The notes beneath the pieces are model-generated. The model made no database searches. It was not told the origin of the DNA and saw nothing but the letters and a program-made list of their open reading frames with translations. Below are positions 1 to 13,913 of a DNA stretch of 64,000 nt, piece after piece (positions within the stretch are counted from its first letter, which is position 1; each line of letters begins with the position of its first letter). Made by a program: the position numbers and the translations under genes. The stretch is taken from assembly GCA_965113315.1 (NCBI GenBank), contig OZ220366.1; one strand, written 5' to 3'. This DNA comes from Podarcis vaucheri. Its lineage: Eukaryota.

Positions 1-2118
1 TTATCTATTAGTTCCTGCCTTCCTTTAAAGCCCATATAAGGCAAAATTGCTTTTTCCTTCAGAAGGTATTGTGCTGTAGGTATTTGAAGTTACAATAAAC
101 TTGTGCTGATTTTAAACCATAAACCCATATAACTTCATTTCAATTTAATTGTTAAGTTATAGAACAAAACAACATTAGTTGAAAGAAAACAAAATAAGAA
201 GCGCATATTTAGAAGCAGCTGATCAATTTGTAAAGAGAACCACTTTATCTGTTCTCTTTTCCTTTACAAAATCCAATAAACTGCTATTATATTCCTTTTA
301 AATGGTTCCATTACTAGGATTCTATAACAGACTAATCTCTTCATAATTATAATAAATGCCTATAATCAAAGCAGGAACCATTTAAAATAGGAAGAAAGAC
401 TGTTTTCCATCAAACACTTTGTTGTTCTTTGACCTTTGGAGCATTAAGCTACAATATAACACTACCTATAGATACAACATAGTTTTTTCAACTTAGCTTG
501 CTCAGATAAAAATAAGTGGTTGAGATCAATGAAAATGTGGATTGACATATTAATAGTTTGTTTGTTTTTCCTTTTCAACGTTTCTACAAAGTAGGAAGAA
601 TTAAATGGATAAGGACACTAGCATCTAACTGGGTATAAAATCTATGGAATTTAGATTGCAACCTTTGTAATTTAGTTAGAATGCAAAGATTCCTTTGAAA
701 AGAAGAGCGATATTAGAAAACTCAATCAAAGTGAGCTGCACATACCACTGTTGCGCTTTATGAAAGTATTGTTTTCCTTAACACAAAAACTGGTATTGTA
801 TTCAGATGAACAAACAATCATTTCCAGAGACATTTAAGTAACTGAAGGCTGATAAGATTACGGGAAATGACTATATGTGATCAGAATGGCTTTCATCTGC
901 ATTTTGTTAGACCAAGCATTGATTTCACTTTTCAGCTGTGAACAGCAAGAGGCCAGCTGTGGCCAAAGGAGCGAGCAAGCAGTGAACTAGGGTCACAACA
1001 GAGAAAATGCAACACTTTTAACGATTACAGCTTAGCAAAAAAATCTTCATGTTACAACCGTTTGAAAATTATGTATCCACTGGATCCACAGACTTGCCAA
1101 ACATAGTGGATTTAAGTTCTGAGGAATTAAACCTTTGAACTGTAGTAAAATAAGTAAACATAATTATAAGGCAAAAACAAACAAAGTGGGTCAAATACAA
1201 CTTCAAGGCAGAAACAAGTACATTTAACTTAGTATTCCCAGATGTGTTGAAGGGAAATTTACGAAAGTATTTTGAAAAACAAATTCCCATTTAAAAGCGT
1301 TTTAGATTCAGTGAAACTAACCTTTCTTCAAACCCTTCACAGTTGTCCTAAAATGTTCTAAAACTATTGTCAGGTATATTTTTAAATAGCTAGTGTTTTA
1401 AATAGCTAGCCGTTACTCAAAGAGCATATTAACGTACTTCCAGTACATTGTGAATGGCGTAATACAAAATGTCTACTGAAATACTGATAGTACGCTAAGT
1501 GTAGCTTTAAAGGGACACAAATAACAACCTAGTGTATAGAGTACTAATAAGGTGTAATTTCTGGCAGCATATTTATTATTATTTGTATTTCCACATATGA
1601 GCGTTTTAACATTTATTTTCATTTAAATCACCATCCCTTTTTCTCCTATGCTTTCTGATAGCTTGAAATCTAATTCCTATGCTTCGTGATAGCTTAAAAT
1701 GATCAAAGACACTTAAAATGCAATGAATGCAACAATAGCCATACAAATATTAAATCACAATCTCTACCTGTAAATTTGAACTTGACAAGAGGCAGGAAGG
1801 GAAAGTGTTCATACAGGAGGAGTTGCTTTCCCAGATGCTTACATCCCAGACTATCAAAAACAGCACCTTGAAATGGGCCTGGAAACCCCAAACCAGCCAG
1901 TGAAATTGTCTCATTTAGTACAGGTTGGTTGTGTTACTGCCTTCCGGACGTAATAAGAAGGCAAGCTGTAGCATTCAGGTCCACTGCCTGCTGTTTCCAT
2001 ATCATCTTCAAAGGTAACCAGACACAAGCACATAACAGCAGTTGATCGGCCATCCACTGTCCTGTGGGAAGGATCCCAAGAGAAGCAAGCAGTACTTCAG
2101 AGTCTGCACTGGCTAGAC

Positions 2119-2254
2119 CAGGCATAGGCAAACTCGGCCCTCCAGATGTTTTGGGACTACAACTCCCATCAACCCTAGCTAACAGAACCATTGGTTAGGG
2201 ATGATGGGAGTTGTAGTCCCAAAACATCTGGAGGGCCGAGTTTGCCTATGCCTG
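2119..2254. mobile_element. 136-bp hAT (Charlie-like) MITE, almost fully palindromic
   Basis: 53-bp perfect terminal inverted repeats CAGGCATAGGCAAACTCGG...CCGAGTTTGCCTATGCCTG; 8-bp TSD GGCTAGAC (2111-2118) / GTCTAGAC (2255-2262), 7/8 identical with central CTAG. Confidence 0.9.
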
Positions 2255-5200
2255 GTCTAGACAATCCCTGCAGGGCTCATCTACCATCAGCTGCCCTGAT
2301 TACTTTTATATGTTGATATTGTTTCTTTGCTGTTGTTTTGCAATGTATTTCTTTTAAGCTGCCTCTGAAGGGCCTGTATCCTAAAAGTCAGGATCTCTTG
2401 TAAGAATTGTAAGAAAGAAAATCACTTAATTTGCATCATTCCCTCTAATAGTAAACTTGGTCCCTAATTATCAAGTGAACAGTGCTAAGAAAAAAACAAG
2501 GCATTGTTTCCCCATAGTAGTGAGCCTTTTTATCTGTGAATGTGTGTGTGTGCGCGCACACGCGTGCGTGCGTGCATGTACACACAAACTTATCAATTGA
2601 AATAAATTCAAAATTTCCTTTTGCTGCCTTCAACCTTTTTGCGGGGTGGGGTGGGGAAAATGTTGCCAAAACATAACAGTACAGTCCTCAGATCCTGGAT
2701 TTATTCATTTTAGTATAAGCAGCTCTCATTTCTAGTCTGGGAGAAAGGGTCAAAAAAGGAACAAGAAGTTGGGCAGACTGTGTGAATCTAACAATTAAGT
2801 CTATGAAGCCAGTTGGACCATTAAAGGTTGAAAGGGTCAGTATAATCCTAAGACATTTGCATTGTATAGCATAGCAGTTGAATGGTAGAGAAGAAGGAAG
2901 GGCTCCTCTGTGAGCCTCAAACAGCACTACAAGCTTCTAGCTTAAGGCTGCACAACATCAGTTAGGGGCCAGGGTTAAAATGCAACATTTTATTGTGAGA
3001 CTCTACTTGTATTTTTCTCTTGTTAAACTTCTTTTTGATATCTTAATCAGTTGGCTTAGAAGCCAGCAATTCATCCTGGCCATTAGTAAGAAATATCCTG
3101 TATCAAATCTGGACAAATTGTCTTAGCAAGTGGTGAAGCTCAATGTGGAACAAATATCTATTCTTAATTTTTTAAAAAAAAAACCCCGAATAACATTGTG
3201 GAGGTTTACAAATACAATGGATCTTGAGCTCAATGTAGGTGAAAGCTTCCCTTTAAAAAATCTATTGGGTGGCAATTATAAATTGGCTGTGTCACATTGG
3301 GTTGTTTTGTACAAACTAAATTATAGAGAATCTCTTTATTATAGGACAGTGCAGCAAAACACAGCAATGGATTTTGTACTGTGTGCAGTAGCTTAATCAA
3401 TTTCATTGCTCTCTATGCGAAAGAATGAGCTCTCTAGATCTCTACCGATGACATAGGGAAATGAATAGAAAAATCAAAGGTTCAAAGTTTCTTGATTCAG
3501 AATGCAGCTATTTGACCCTGAGCAGAGTTTCTCTTAAATCTTCATATAAATAATGAGCATTAAAAGTTGCATACAGTGGCAGATATTTTCATATAAGTAC
3601 AATGTACCTTAAATAGCACACTGAGTTTAAGGAACTTGATCAACAAGTTGAATTGCTAGGTTGAAAACCAATACATGAAAAGTTAAGTGGTGTATGTAAT
3701 AATGAGTCAAATTGTATACCTTGATCTTAATTTTATGTAAAGAGATTGTATTTGCTTTTTGAATTGGCCTATATGGTCAATATATGCATGCTGCTAATAC
3801 ACTTCTTACGATTTTGGTGTCATATTTTTACACTTTACAACTTTAGTCTGTTGTCCAGTAATGTGCAAAAGTTACCCACCCATATTTTGACTTTGTAATT
3901 TTAAAGAAGTTCCATTTGGAGCATAATTAGCTTTTAAGTGTATCATCTATTTAGAAAAAAGAATGGACAAATAGTTGCATCCAATGTTGTCACATATCTG
4001 ACAGAAGATTATTTAATCCACCCATTCAGTTTTCCCCACACCACTTTCTACTCTGCTCCAAAGGGTACCTCAACTTGGTGGAGTAAATTGGGAGAAGGAC
4101 ATGGGGAATTGGCAAAGATCACATCTTGCCTTCTGTTGGCAGAATCCTTTACTGGGTCAAAGTGCCCTCCATCAGTGAAGGAGCACAGTTGGATACAACC
4201 CAAATGCATTTTAACATTTTGAAACAATTAAAGAAAACATTTGTTTCCTTCCACTGCCATCTCTTTTGCTATCTTCACTGGAGTATGTGAAGCTGATAAA
4301 TTTCATAGTGAGGGCTGTAGAATTACAATTCTGAAGAGGATTCTTCTTGTGATGTTTCTGGAGATGGAGAAATGTGTAAAGTTTCAGTGGAATTGTATTT
4401 AGGTACAGGCCATCAAAACCTACACCCATCTCCAGTACTTATAAAAGGCTATCCTCAACCAACCAAAATATCTTTAACACCATGAATTCTCTGTACATCT
4501 GTTAGTAATATTCTTCTTTCCAATATGTCCCATCCATAATTTAAGAGAAGATTTATCTGTGTTCAGGTCTCCTTTTGGTGGCAAAGTTCAGTGTTCATCT
4601 TTTGAACAGTGGCAGTTTGAGCAGTCCTGCCTCTTTAAATTTCCGTAATGTTTACACTCCAGGTAACTTTAACAGCTTTCAGTAGTTACTTTACTTTTGA
4701 AGATAAACTGTTAAAAAAGATTACCTCACAAAGGCATTTGTTATTTTTACCAATACTTTAGTTGCTGAAAAGTAAATACTTTTCTGTCTCACTAGGAGTG
4801 TGCATTTAACTTAATGAATGCTAATTTCACTACAATATTTTAACGTTTTATAATTCATTAACTTCTGTGTTTTAGAAAAAACTTAGTCCTCAAATTCCCA
4901 TAACCCCCCATATCTCCTCCCCTGTATCATTAGTCTGTGGCTTTTTCTCATCACTTTTCCTCACAGTGTGTTATAAAGCAACAGTATTCCTAAAAAATTA
5001 AACCAGCTCACCTAAACAAACACTTCATCTTAGAGTATATTTTACCCTGTATGCTTTTGTATGTGTGTGAGAGACTAATCCTTAGTTATTTCTTGAAAGT
5101 GTGCCTTTATTTAGTGAGAACAATATAACAGAAGCGCGCACATGTGTTATGGAATATGGATTTGTGTGAAAAGTGATTGAAATAGCTGGAATACGTTCAA

Positions 5201-7322
5201 ACAGAATGGGAGAAAATTGATGGCTTCCTGATCCAAGTTCTACTGAAACTAATTAACCTCTGTGTTTTGTTGACTTCAGTGTGATTTTGATAGTTTCTTG
5301 AAAGTGCTGTGCCTTAATCCATGTGATCATACTTACAAGTGTTAACTGAAGTAAAGGTTGATCAATCATCCATCATGATATCAGATTTTTACCAAAGGTA
5401 TATGGATATTAATTTTAGTTGTAATAACATCAGAGAAGAAATATGTTTTAAAGTACAGCCGTTTTTCATTATCTTCTTTAAACTGTAGAGGTAAACTACA
5501 TTATAGGAAGCTAGAACTAATATAAAGGTCTTCTCCTCCAACAACTACAGGTGAATAGCTAGCCAAATGTGGTCTAACAATAGATTTTTGCAAATAAGCA
5601 ATGGTGCTTGGATACACATAAGTACCACACTTTGGAGTGATTATATGTTGTGATCCTATACATGTATAACTGGATGTAATTCCCATTGGGCTCAATATAC
5701 CTGTGCAGAGGATTGCAATTCGTGTATCATACTAATATAAAGGACTTCAGAAGGATCTGATCAAGTGACAGAATAAGTAGCTGGTTATCTTTTCTGACAA
5801 GTATTACAAAATACGATATAACATTTCGACCATTTTGGATGTAGACACTTGGACAATAGGCGACTGTAAGCACAAAAATGATAGAAAATGTCCATGTAAA
5901 CAATATATCTATAGGATTAGTATGCTCCCAGCTATATAGTGATATAGGCTGCTAAATGGACATTTCTGCTTGCTGTGCAACAGTAAAGAGAAAGCAAACA
6001 GTGTTGGGCAAAGTGTTTGAAGAGTGGACTTCACTGGTATTCTTTCACCAGTACTGTTTGGGTCATGTTTTACACAATAAGTACACACAAGCTGAAATTT
6101 CTAAGTGGGAACAAAACATTATTACAGACCCATAGAATCTGCACCCTGAGATTATCCAGCTACTGTCGCATATAAAATAACTGTCCTCATATGTAATGAT
6201 TTGTGTGAATGAAGAAAATAAATATAAAAGGAAGGCATCAAATTTAAAGATTTTCAATATACGTAATTAACCCGTTGAGTCTATCTCAGCATATCATTGA
6301 AACAAAGAGAATGGTAAGAATTAAAGTTTTGTATGAATTAGATTTGCCTTGATAAGACTGGATATTTTTTCCGAAAAAATATTAAACCCTCATGCTTCAG
6401 TGCATAAGACAACTGCTAACTGATGGAGGTTAAGTGCAGCCTATCTCTGGCGTGACATTTATTCCATAAATGTCAACTACAAAGTTTCTTGCACCTTCCT
6501 TGAAAACATCTGTGTTTTGCCTGTTTTCAGACTGACTTAGTTGAACCAGTTGTCCAGTTAAATGTCTTACTTGCTTTCGGGTATAGTTCCTTTGTGAGAT
6601 ACCAGTTCTATATATCTATCTAAATACGTCTTTATTAGCAACAGATTTAGCTTTTTCCAATGTTAGTTTCTGAAAAATGAGATGCCATAATTCATTTTCT
6701 CAAGGCAAATGATCGGAATAGGCGTTTTCTTAGTGGGACTTCCCATTTTCCCACTTGCATGTCAACACCAGTAAAGTTTCTGCCAACAACAGGTTTCTTG
6801 ATCTGATTGCTTACAGGTAACTATATACACTAATGTAATAAGCAATGAAGGACCAAGACATGTTTCAAATTACTAATTTGGTTCTCTTTAAAAGGAAACT
6901 ATTAGGCTTGTTAGATCTTTGTTTCAGGTTAAAAAAAATCATACAGAGTTGTGAAAAGATTTTGACTTGCTCTTTGCATTTCATTAACAATTTCTTAGTG
7001 TCTTTCATATTGAAGTGACCTTCTTGCAAATAGATACTGTAGCTTTCATTGGCTAATTATTTACTTGCACCAGCCAATGGCAGTAATATTTTCATCCGTA
7101 CTGGGGGTCAAATTATATTGGTTATCACTTTTTTAAAATGCAGTTCTGTAAGTGTGCATACCAGTGCACGAAAGAAGGTGAACACAGCGCTGCAGAGGAA
7201 GGATGGAGAGGTTTTGGAATTTATTGCATATGTATAAAGTTAAAAATTTAGTAAGAGTTGTGTCTCCGGTATCCTCTGTGTTAATAACAAAGCTGTTAAG
7301 CTGGATCTGGATCTTTTCTATA

Positions 7323-7515
7323 CAGGCAATCCCCAATTTGCATGGGGGTTGTGTTCCAGGTCACCACCCACGACAGCGGAGCGCACATAAGCCCACTCTA
7401 CCCTGTTATTCCCCCTCCCCTGTTGTGTCTCCTTTTCTGGCCACTTCCAGGTCACCGCAATGTGCTTGTGCATGGTTGCACGTCAGTTGGACACATGTAA
7501 GACTTTTGCTGCCTG
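7323..7515. mobile_element. Degenerate Tc1/mariner (Tigger-like) MITE
   Basis: TA-CAGGCAATCCCC at the left end and GCTGCCTG at the right (short inverted termini); right TA not intact. Confidence 0.45.
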
Positions 7516-9145
7516 TTTAGGGGGCCCACAGGAATAGCCATAGGAATAATTTGCTGTCTTCCATTGTACATATCACATTTAACATGGACTTATGTCCCCA
7601 CTTCTAGTTGCCTGTGCAATCTGTCCAGTAGGAAAAATAGATGTTGATAGATCAGGTGATCCCAACCTACCCATAGCCTACAGTGGCGTTCATGGGTGCC
7701 AGTTCACTTTCAAGTTTATATATGTGGGGAGAGCAAGGTGTGTGAGAATGTGAGGCTGGCTTCTATGCCCACTGAGTGTATAACCTACTTGTAGGGTATC
7801 TGTCTGTCTTTCTGTCTCACTCTCTCTCAAATCTATGGGCACAGGAGGGGTTAAGCACCCATCCACTCCCATGCTAACGATCCCTTGCAACTGCCTCCCC
7901 ATCCCACATTCCCACTTTCACAACTTTTTTTCATTATTATAAAGTCTAATTCTGAGAGAAGCAGGTGTGATTTAAAGATGGATAACTACTGAAACTTATT
8001 CTGCATGAACCATCATGGTGACTCTCCAGTCTTCCTGCCCCTCTCTTTTACATTTCTGTATTTATTTTGTGTAAAGACTTGCATTTGTGAAGGCATAAAA
8101 GAGCCAAGATTAAGGTACATTCTAGTGCCCTTCATACCCTACTATATCAGTAAATTTATAATTTACATGCCAAATACTAATTTTGTTTCCTTCCCACCCC
8201 CCTGGTTTGCTGATGTAGTAAGACAGAGGTTTAAGCACTATCTTGTTCTGATCACCCATCATATTGACATGGAACCTGTAGATAAAATAATAATAGTTAG
8301 CATTTTGTCAGTGCCATATAGCAAATTTTGAGATTCTTGACTGTTTCCATATTTAGTAACTAAATTTAATATAAATGAATGCATGTATTTGCACGTTTGG
8401 TAGGATATGGGTTAACAATGGTTTCTGAATGATTCTGTGAAACTTTAATATTGGTTCTGAATGCAAAACAGGCAGTGTAAAATGATGATGGCCATGGTTG
8501 TTAATGACTTGTTTTAGCTGGGAGCTATAAAATCATCCAAGGACTCTGTTGGTGTTGGAATAATAATTTACCTAGACAATTACCACATGGTGGAATTTTT
8601 TGCAGCTCTAATTCAGAGTTATTAATAATGAATAAAATTGCAATTTTCTCAGGTTGCTGGGGGCAATGGGGAATTATTTCAATGAATATTTCAGCACATT
8701 ATTTTAATCATAGTTCCACAAAAATTCAAGTGGGCAATATTTTATACTTTTAAGTTTAGTCTGCTAAGAGACCATAATCATTAAATTGCAAAATATTTGC
8801 TCTTAGGTCCATTCTATGATTTACAATCTTTTTTTAAAAGAAACACTGTAGAAGAAAGCAAGCTGTGTCATTAATACTTGTAATTTGATGCTGCATTTGT
8901 TAATGGGCTTGCTCTGATTAATGTTTTTTTGCAGTAAGCAGAGGGGTTTGAGAAAGTTGAATCCTTAAATGCTTCAATGAAAGTAAAGAAGTACTCAAAT
9001 ACTGCACTTTAATAATATATGTTGTAACATTTTCCTTGTACTCACTGAAAAAATTAAGGAAATGTTTTATTGAGCTGCTGCTCCTTCTCTGTATCCCAGT
9101 GTAGTAGACACTAATCTTTTATTATTCTTGTTATTATTTTCTTAG

Positions 9146-9270
9146 CCAACTGCATGATTTCTGGCGCTTAGATTATTGGGAAGATGATCTGCGTCGACGG
9201 AGGCGGTTTGTTCGCAATGCCTTTGGCTCCACCCATTCTGATGCATTGCTCAAAGCTGCTGTGGAATATG
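9146..9270 (+). CDS. NBEA: Neurobeachin internal coding exon (DUF1088 region), 125 nt, phase 2->1
   Basis: Acceptor ttattttcttag, donor G|gtcagt; translates (S)QLHDFWRLDYWEDDLRRRRRFVRNAFGSTHSDALLKAAVEY(G), the recognisable NBEA/LRBA motif; phase joins the exon at 23887. Confidence 0.96.
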
Positions 9271-10035
9271 GTCAGTACTCATTGTAACATACCCACTCTC
9301 TTAAAAAGCTTTATTTTTATTTGTAAGATGTTTCTGAGAACCATCCACTTTACTCCCTTTTTCCTTTTAGTACCTTTTGGGCCTTTCATGAAAGATACAC
9401 ATAGCTACAAGCTTTGTAGGGTACTTCGTGTTTAGAGCTCCTACTTCCGAGGCCCATCTTATCCCTGGGAAGGAACTGACATGTTACTCAAACAGGAACA
9501 TGGCTGTAAACATGACCCCCTATTGTGTTCAGGTAAAGGAGAGGTTCTGGGTGCAGTGATTTTACTCAGTTATGGTTAAGGTTGCTAGCACTTTACTGGA
9601 TACAGCAATCTGAGGTTGCTGTCCTGTTGGACAGGAGTAGTAAGGGGAAATATATGAGAAAGTGGAACGACATCCCATTGTAGAGTGCGAAGGGGGGGGG
9701 GAAGATTGTCAACAGTATGTTCCAATGCAGGATATTTATTAGCATGTCTCATTGGTGAAGGATTTGCTCATAGCTACAGCAGTGTCACAGGCTAGTAGTG
9801 GGCAGCAGATATGAGGATGCAAGATGATGTAAAAAATAATAATTTTGTAAGTTGTGTGTCTTTGTTTCTCAGTTTGATCCTTTTATTCTGGCTTGTTTTA
9901 TTTGATGCTTCAGTGTGCTCTAAACCGCTTTGAGATTTTTTCTGAAAAATATAAAGCAATATAGAAATGAATAATAATCAGACCATTGTCTAGAAAGAAC
10001 AAAGTCTTGGGGACTTTGTATACTACACTCTTAAG

Positions 10036-10165
10036 CAGTGCTATTTTTCTACAAAAATAAGTGTCGGAGCTCACCATGAACTTCTCCCTCGTTCTCTTAG
10101 AATGACAAAGGCTTCTATCTGAAAGGTGCCGGAGCTGAGCTCCAGCTGGAAAACAAAAAGCCCAG
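10036..10165. mobile_element. 130-bp hAT MITE
   Basis: Termini CAGTGCTATTTTT...AAAAAGCCCAG; perfect 8-bp TSD CTCTTAAG at 10028-10035 and 10166-10173. Confidence 0.8.
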
Positions 10166-10178
10166 CTCTTAAGTATTA

Positions 10179-10607
10179 TCGTATTTTTCGCCCCATAGGG
10201 CGCACCAGCCCATAGGGCGCACCTATTTTTTGGGGGGGGGAATAAAGGGGGGGAATTATTTTCTCCCCCCCCCAGGTGCGGGGCTGGGGCGGGGGAAGCC
10301 CGAGCTTCCCCCGACCCCAGAACAGGCTGCTATCCGCAAGCCTAGGGAGCCCGGCAGGAATTCGCGCCGGTCTCCCCAGGTTTGCGGAGAGCTGCCGGAA
10401 GCCTGGAGCACGCTTCTCAGCGCACCCTGGGCTTCGGGATGCAGGCAGCTCTCCAGAAGCCTTGGGAGACCGGCGTGACTTTTGCGCACTGACCCCTCTC
10501 GCTCTCCAGGCTTCAGCGAAAGCCTGTATTCACCCCATAGGACGCACACACATTTCCCCTTCATTTTTGGAGGGGGAAAAGTGCATCCTATAGGGCGAAA
10601 AATACGG
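10179..10607. mobile_element. Tc1/mariner-superfamily non-autonomous element (429 bp)
   Basis: TA TSDs at 10177-78 and 10608-09; TIRs TCGTATTTTTCGCCCCATAG / CTATAGGGCGAAAAATACGG; repeated subterminal CCCATAGGRCGCAC motif; CpG-rich, so likely young. Confidence 0.88.
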
Positions 10608-10629
10608 TATATAGTTACTTACTGGAATA

Positions 10630-10900
10630 TAGGATGCTTCCTTCTACTTCTTTAGACCAAGGGTCATCTGAGTCAGTATTGGCTACACCAGAGACAACTA
10701 ATGTGGTACCCTTCAGAAGATGCAAAGTGTAGCTCCCATTAACCCCAACCATTGTCCATGCTGACAAGAGCTGATGGGAGTTGTAGTCCTCAACATATAG
10801 AGGGCACTGGTCTGCACAGACTTGCAGTGACTCTCCAGAGGTTTCAGGCAGTCCTTCCATTCCTACCTTGAGGTATCAGGGATTGCAATTGGAAGTCACA
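10630..10900 (-). mobile_element. Degenerate tRNA-derived squamate SINE interrupted by a hAT MITE
   Basis: ATAGGATGCTTCCTT...AGACC...TCAGTATTGGCTACAC, then after the insert GACTTGCAGTGACTCTCCAG...CCTACC...CAGGGATTG; matches the reverse of a common lizard SINE also seen at ~26900-27090. Confidence 0.55.
10689..10809. mobile_element. Older hAT MITE nested in the SINE
   Basis: Internal AGCTCCCAT...GATGGGAGTTGTAGTCC...GAGGGC shared with the 2119 element; degenerate TSD GGCTACAC/GTCTGCAC (6/8). Confidence 0.65.
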
Positions 10901-11034
10901 TTCATAACATAGCACTATTCTACTTAAACTGTCACAGAGAATCCTGGGCACTGTTCCTTGTTAAAGGGTGCTGACCTCAGAGAGCTACAGTTTGACAAAC
11001 TACCGTTCCAAGGATTCTCAGTGACTGTCAAATA

Positions 11035-11258
11035 CAGTGGTACCTCAGGTTACAAACATATCGGGTTACAAATACCTCGGGTTCCAGACTCCGCTAACCC
11101 GGAAGTAGTACCTCGGGTTAAGAATTTACCTCAGGATGAGAACAGAAATCTTGTGACAGCAGCATGGCGGCAGCAGGAGGCCCCATTAGCTAAAGTGGTA
11201 CCTCAGGTTAAGAACGGACCTCTGGAACGAATTAAGTTCATAACCAGAGGTACCACTG
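11035..11258. mobile_element. Tigger/pogo-like MITE (224 bp), nested in an older palindromic repeat (~10900-11290)
   Basis: TA-CAGTGGTACCTC...GAGGTACCACTG-TA; repeated internal TACCTCRGGTT motifs. Confidence 0.9.
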
Positions 11259-13851
11259 TACTGTAGTGCTTTAAATGCAACATCTGTGTGTACAGCTTTT
11301 TGTTCTATACTAACATATAGCCCTACCTCAAAGCTGGCTTGTGTCACACTGGGCATTTTATTTTATTTGTGTTTTATAGAGAAGAGGAAAGACAGTAAAG
11401 TGGAAAGATAGTGGGCATAATGAGACAAAACCAAATAAGAGGGTGAAAGAAGCAGGGAGGAATGAAAAGAAGCAGTAATGTATTTGGGCTAAAATTAGGT
11501 CCTGATCTGTACAGGGTGAAGACTATTGATCACAACTGTGGAGCTGTATAAGATATACATTGGCATAGCTGTAGTGTCAGATTGAATCGTGTACCTAGAA
11601 GCAAGCAGTCTGAGGGGTGCATGTGGAGCAGGGGCAGCAAGATTTTCAGCCAAGCATGTTTAGGGCCAAGCACCCAGCAAGCGAGTATACAAGGAAATGG
11701 GATTAAGAGGTATAGAAAACTCCCCCCCCCAAAAAAAAAATAGGCCCTTGCCGAGTAAAATTAAGAGAACCTCATATTGTTTTCCCAATATTGTATTCAG
11801 ATAAAGAAGAAAATAAAACTGGCACATATGTGGAGAAATGTTGTCTGTGTCACTATTGGTTATATTTCAGATCACAACAGAAGGAAGTCGCCACTTACGT
11901 GGTACTAACATAAATGTTTCTGAAGCTTTCAGTATCAAAATTAACAACAGCCTTCTAGAGGAATTTAAAACAGCTTGCTGCGAGATTAAATCCCATAGAT
12001 TTTACCTTGATGGACTTTTTGAGGCTTGTGCTTATGGATTTTAATATTAAAACTTTTAGTTGACCTTACTCTATAAGAAAACATCCTTAACACTGATGTT
12101 ATTTTTATGCCTCTTGGTGATACTAATGAGTTGAATAATTTATGAGGTTGTCATGTGAAAAGGATTTGGTGCAGTTTGATGTATTTTCAGCCTCTGGTGC
12201 TGGAATGTGATTAATAAAGCGCTAGAAGCACAGATTTTTTTTTTCATGGGGCTTAACTTTCATTAGGGATTTTTCATCAGTGTTATTTTGATAATTTTTA
12301 TAGCTGTCTGGTATAGTAGCAAAATTACTCTTAGTTTTAAGAATGAAAATCACATTAGACAAATAAAACGTTGTTTTTTTTTTTGTTTTAAAGGGAGGTA
12401 GTTTACTGGCCTCGGATATCTTCTTAGTGGAAAATGACAGAGAGAGTAATGAGTCGCATAACGCATTTTTTGGGGGGGTTGTTGTTTGTTAAATCTTGCC
12501 TCTAAATGTAGAACCATGAATGCTGCTTTGAGTATCCATATAATAGTGGGAAACATCTTAGTAGTTTTTCGTTATCTACATTGACTGTCAGTTATCATTT
12601 AGGGGGGTTGTGCATAAATATTGCAGCAAAGGAATGTTTAGTCAAAGCCTAAGTCAGCAAGCTCCTCTGTGTCTACGATCAAAGGCATCAGCTTAAATAG
12701 GTCTGATCAGGCATTGCAGACGAGGGCAGGCAGCTTCAGCCGAGCAAAAAACACAGAGCAAAGATGACAAAATTAATCAGTCATTTCTCTGGCAATAAAT
12801 AACAAGATATGCTGAGGTCTGCAGATGAGAGAATTTCTAGGTTCCTTGGAGATGTGCCTGCTTAATACCCGATTTATCTAAGCTTGCACAGCCATCAAGA
12901 TATGACCTTGATGAATAAAAGAGCACTCTCTAACTAATCTCGACTTAAATCGGTATTGATAGTGAATGCTTGGATACAGTAACAATATGATAGTCACAGT
13001 CACCAAAGAACAGGGAAGTCTCGAGAATGGCAAAAATTGTCTGTGACTTTTTGCACCTGTTCGGGGGGAGAACGTCAGCTGTTAACTAGTGAGCGGAAAC
13101 ACAAAAAAATGTGGTGAAGATTACTTAGATGAGTTTCTATATATTCTATATATTCCTTAAAAAAACATAAGAATCTTTGATTCTTTGTAAAATGCATCCA
13201 ATTAATCTTTTGTGGGAAGAAAACTTGATATTCAGTTTCGGGGGGGGGGGGTCATATGTAGCCCCTTCCTACTGCTGCAGGAACAGCCACAGAAGGAAGC
13301 CAGAGGTTGAAAGGATTGGCATTGGGCAGCTTAGACCTTCCCCTTTCCACCCCAGCTGCTTCCAGTTCCTTCCTCTGTACCCACCTGCCAGCCCCAAAGA
13401 CCTGCCCACTCACCAGGCCAGATCACACCCTCTCCCCTTAAAGCTCAGCCAAACCACGCCTCTGCCACACCACTGGACTGGGCAGCTCCCCAAGAACCAT
13501 CCTGCTCTTCTTCTATTTCCCTCCTCCTTGGTCTCCAATGCTGCTGCAACCAAAATGGCCTTGTTGTGAAGCACACAGCGGCAGCGTGGTTGCTGGGGAA
13601 CTTTCCCAGATTTCTGTTCCTTTGTGGCTTGCCTAGGACACCCACCATGCATGCTGCTTTCCTGGGACACCCATTCCCTGGGCTGTCTGCCTACCTGAAG
13701 CAGTCATCTGCAGTTCTTATGACAATTCTTACAATTATATGCAAAGATAGCAGTTCATCATTGAGAACTTTTTTCTGTAAAATTATATTTTAATTTTTTT
13801 CCAAATCAAATTTCATTTTCTTTTGTTTCCTTTCATTTTGTGCTTGTGTGT

Positions 13852-13868
13852 GAGAGAGAGAGGGGGGG

Positions 13869-13910
<42 letters not shown>
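13852..13910. repeat. (GA)n microsatellite interrupted by a G run
   Basis: Directly visible. Confidence 0.95.

Positions 13911-13913
<3 letters not shown>

Noticed and set aside
1644-1701. ~31-bp tandem duplication (CCTATGCTT...TGATAGCTT...AAAT)
   Set aside because: Ordinary local slippage with no other signal
13250-13724. Possible solo LTR (GTCATA...TATGACA); similar block at ~22245-22680
   Set aside because: No clear TSD or intact TG start; cannot be supported without a repeat library
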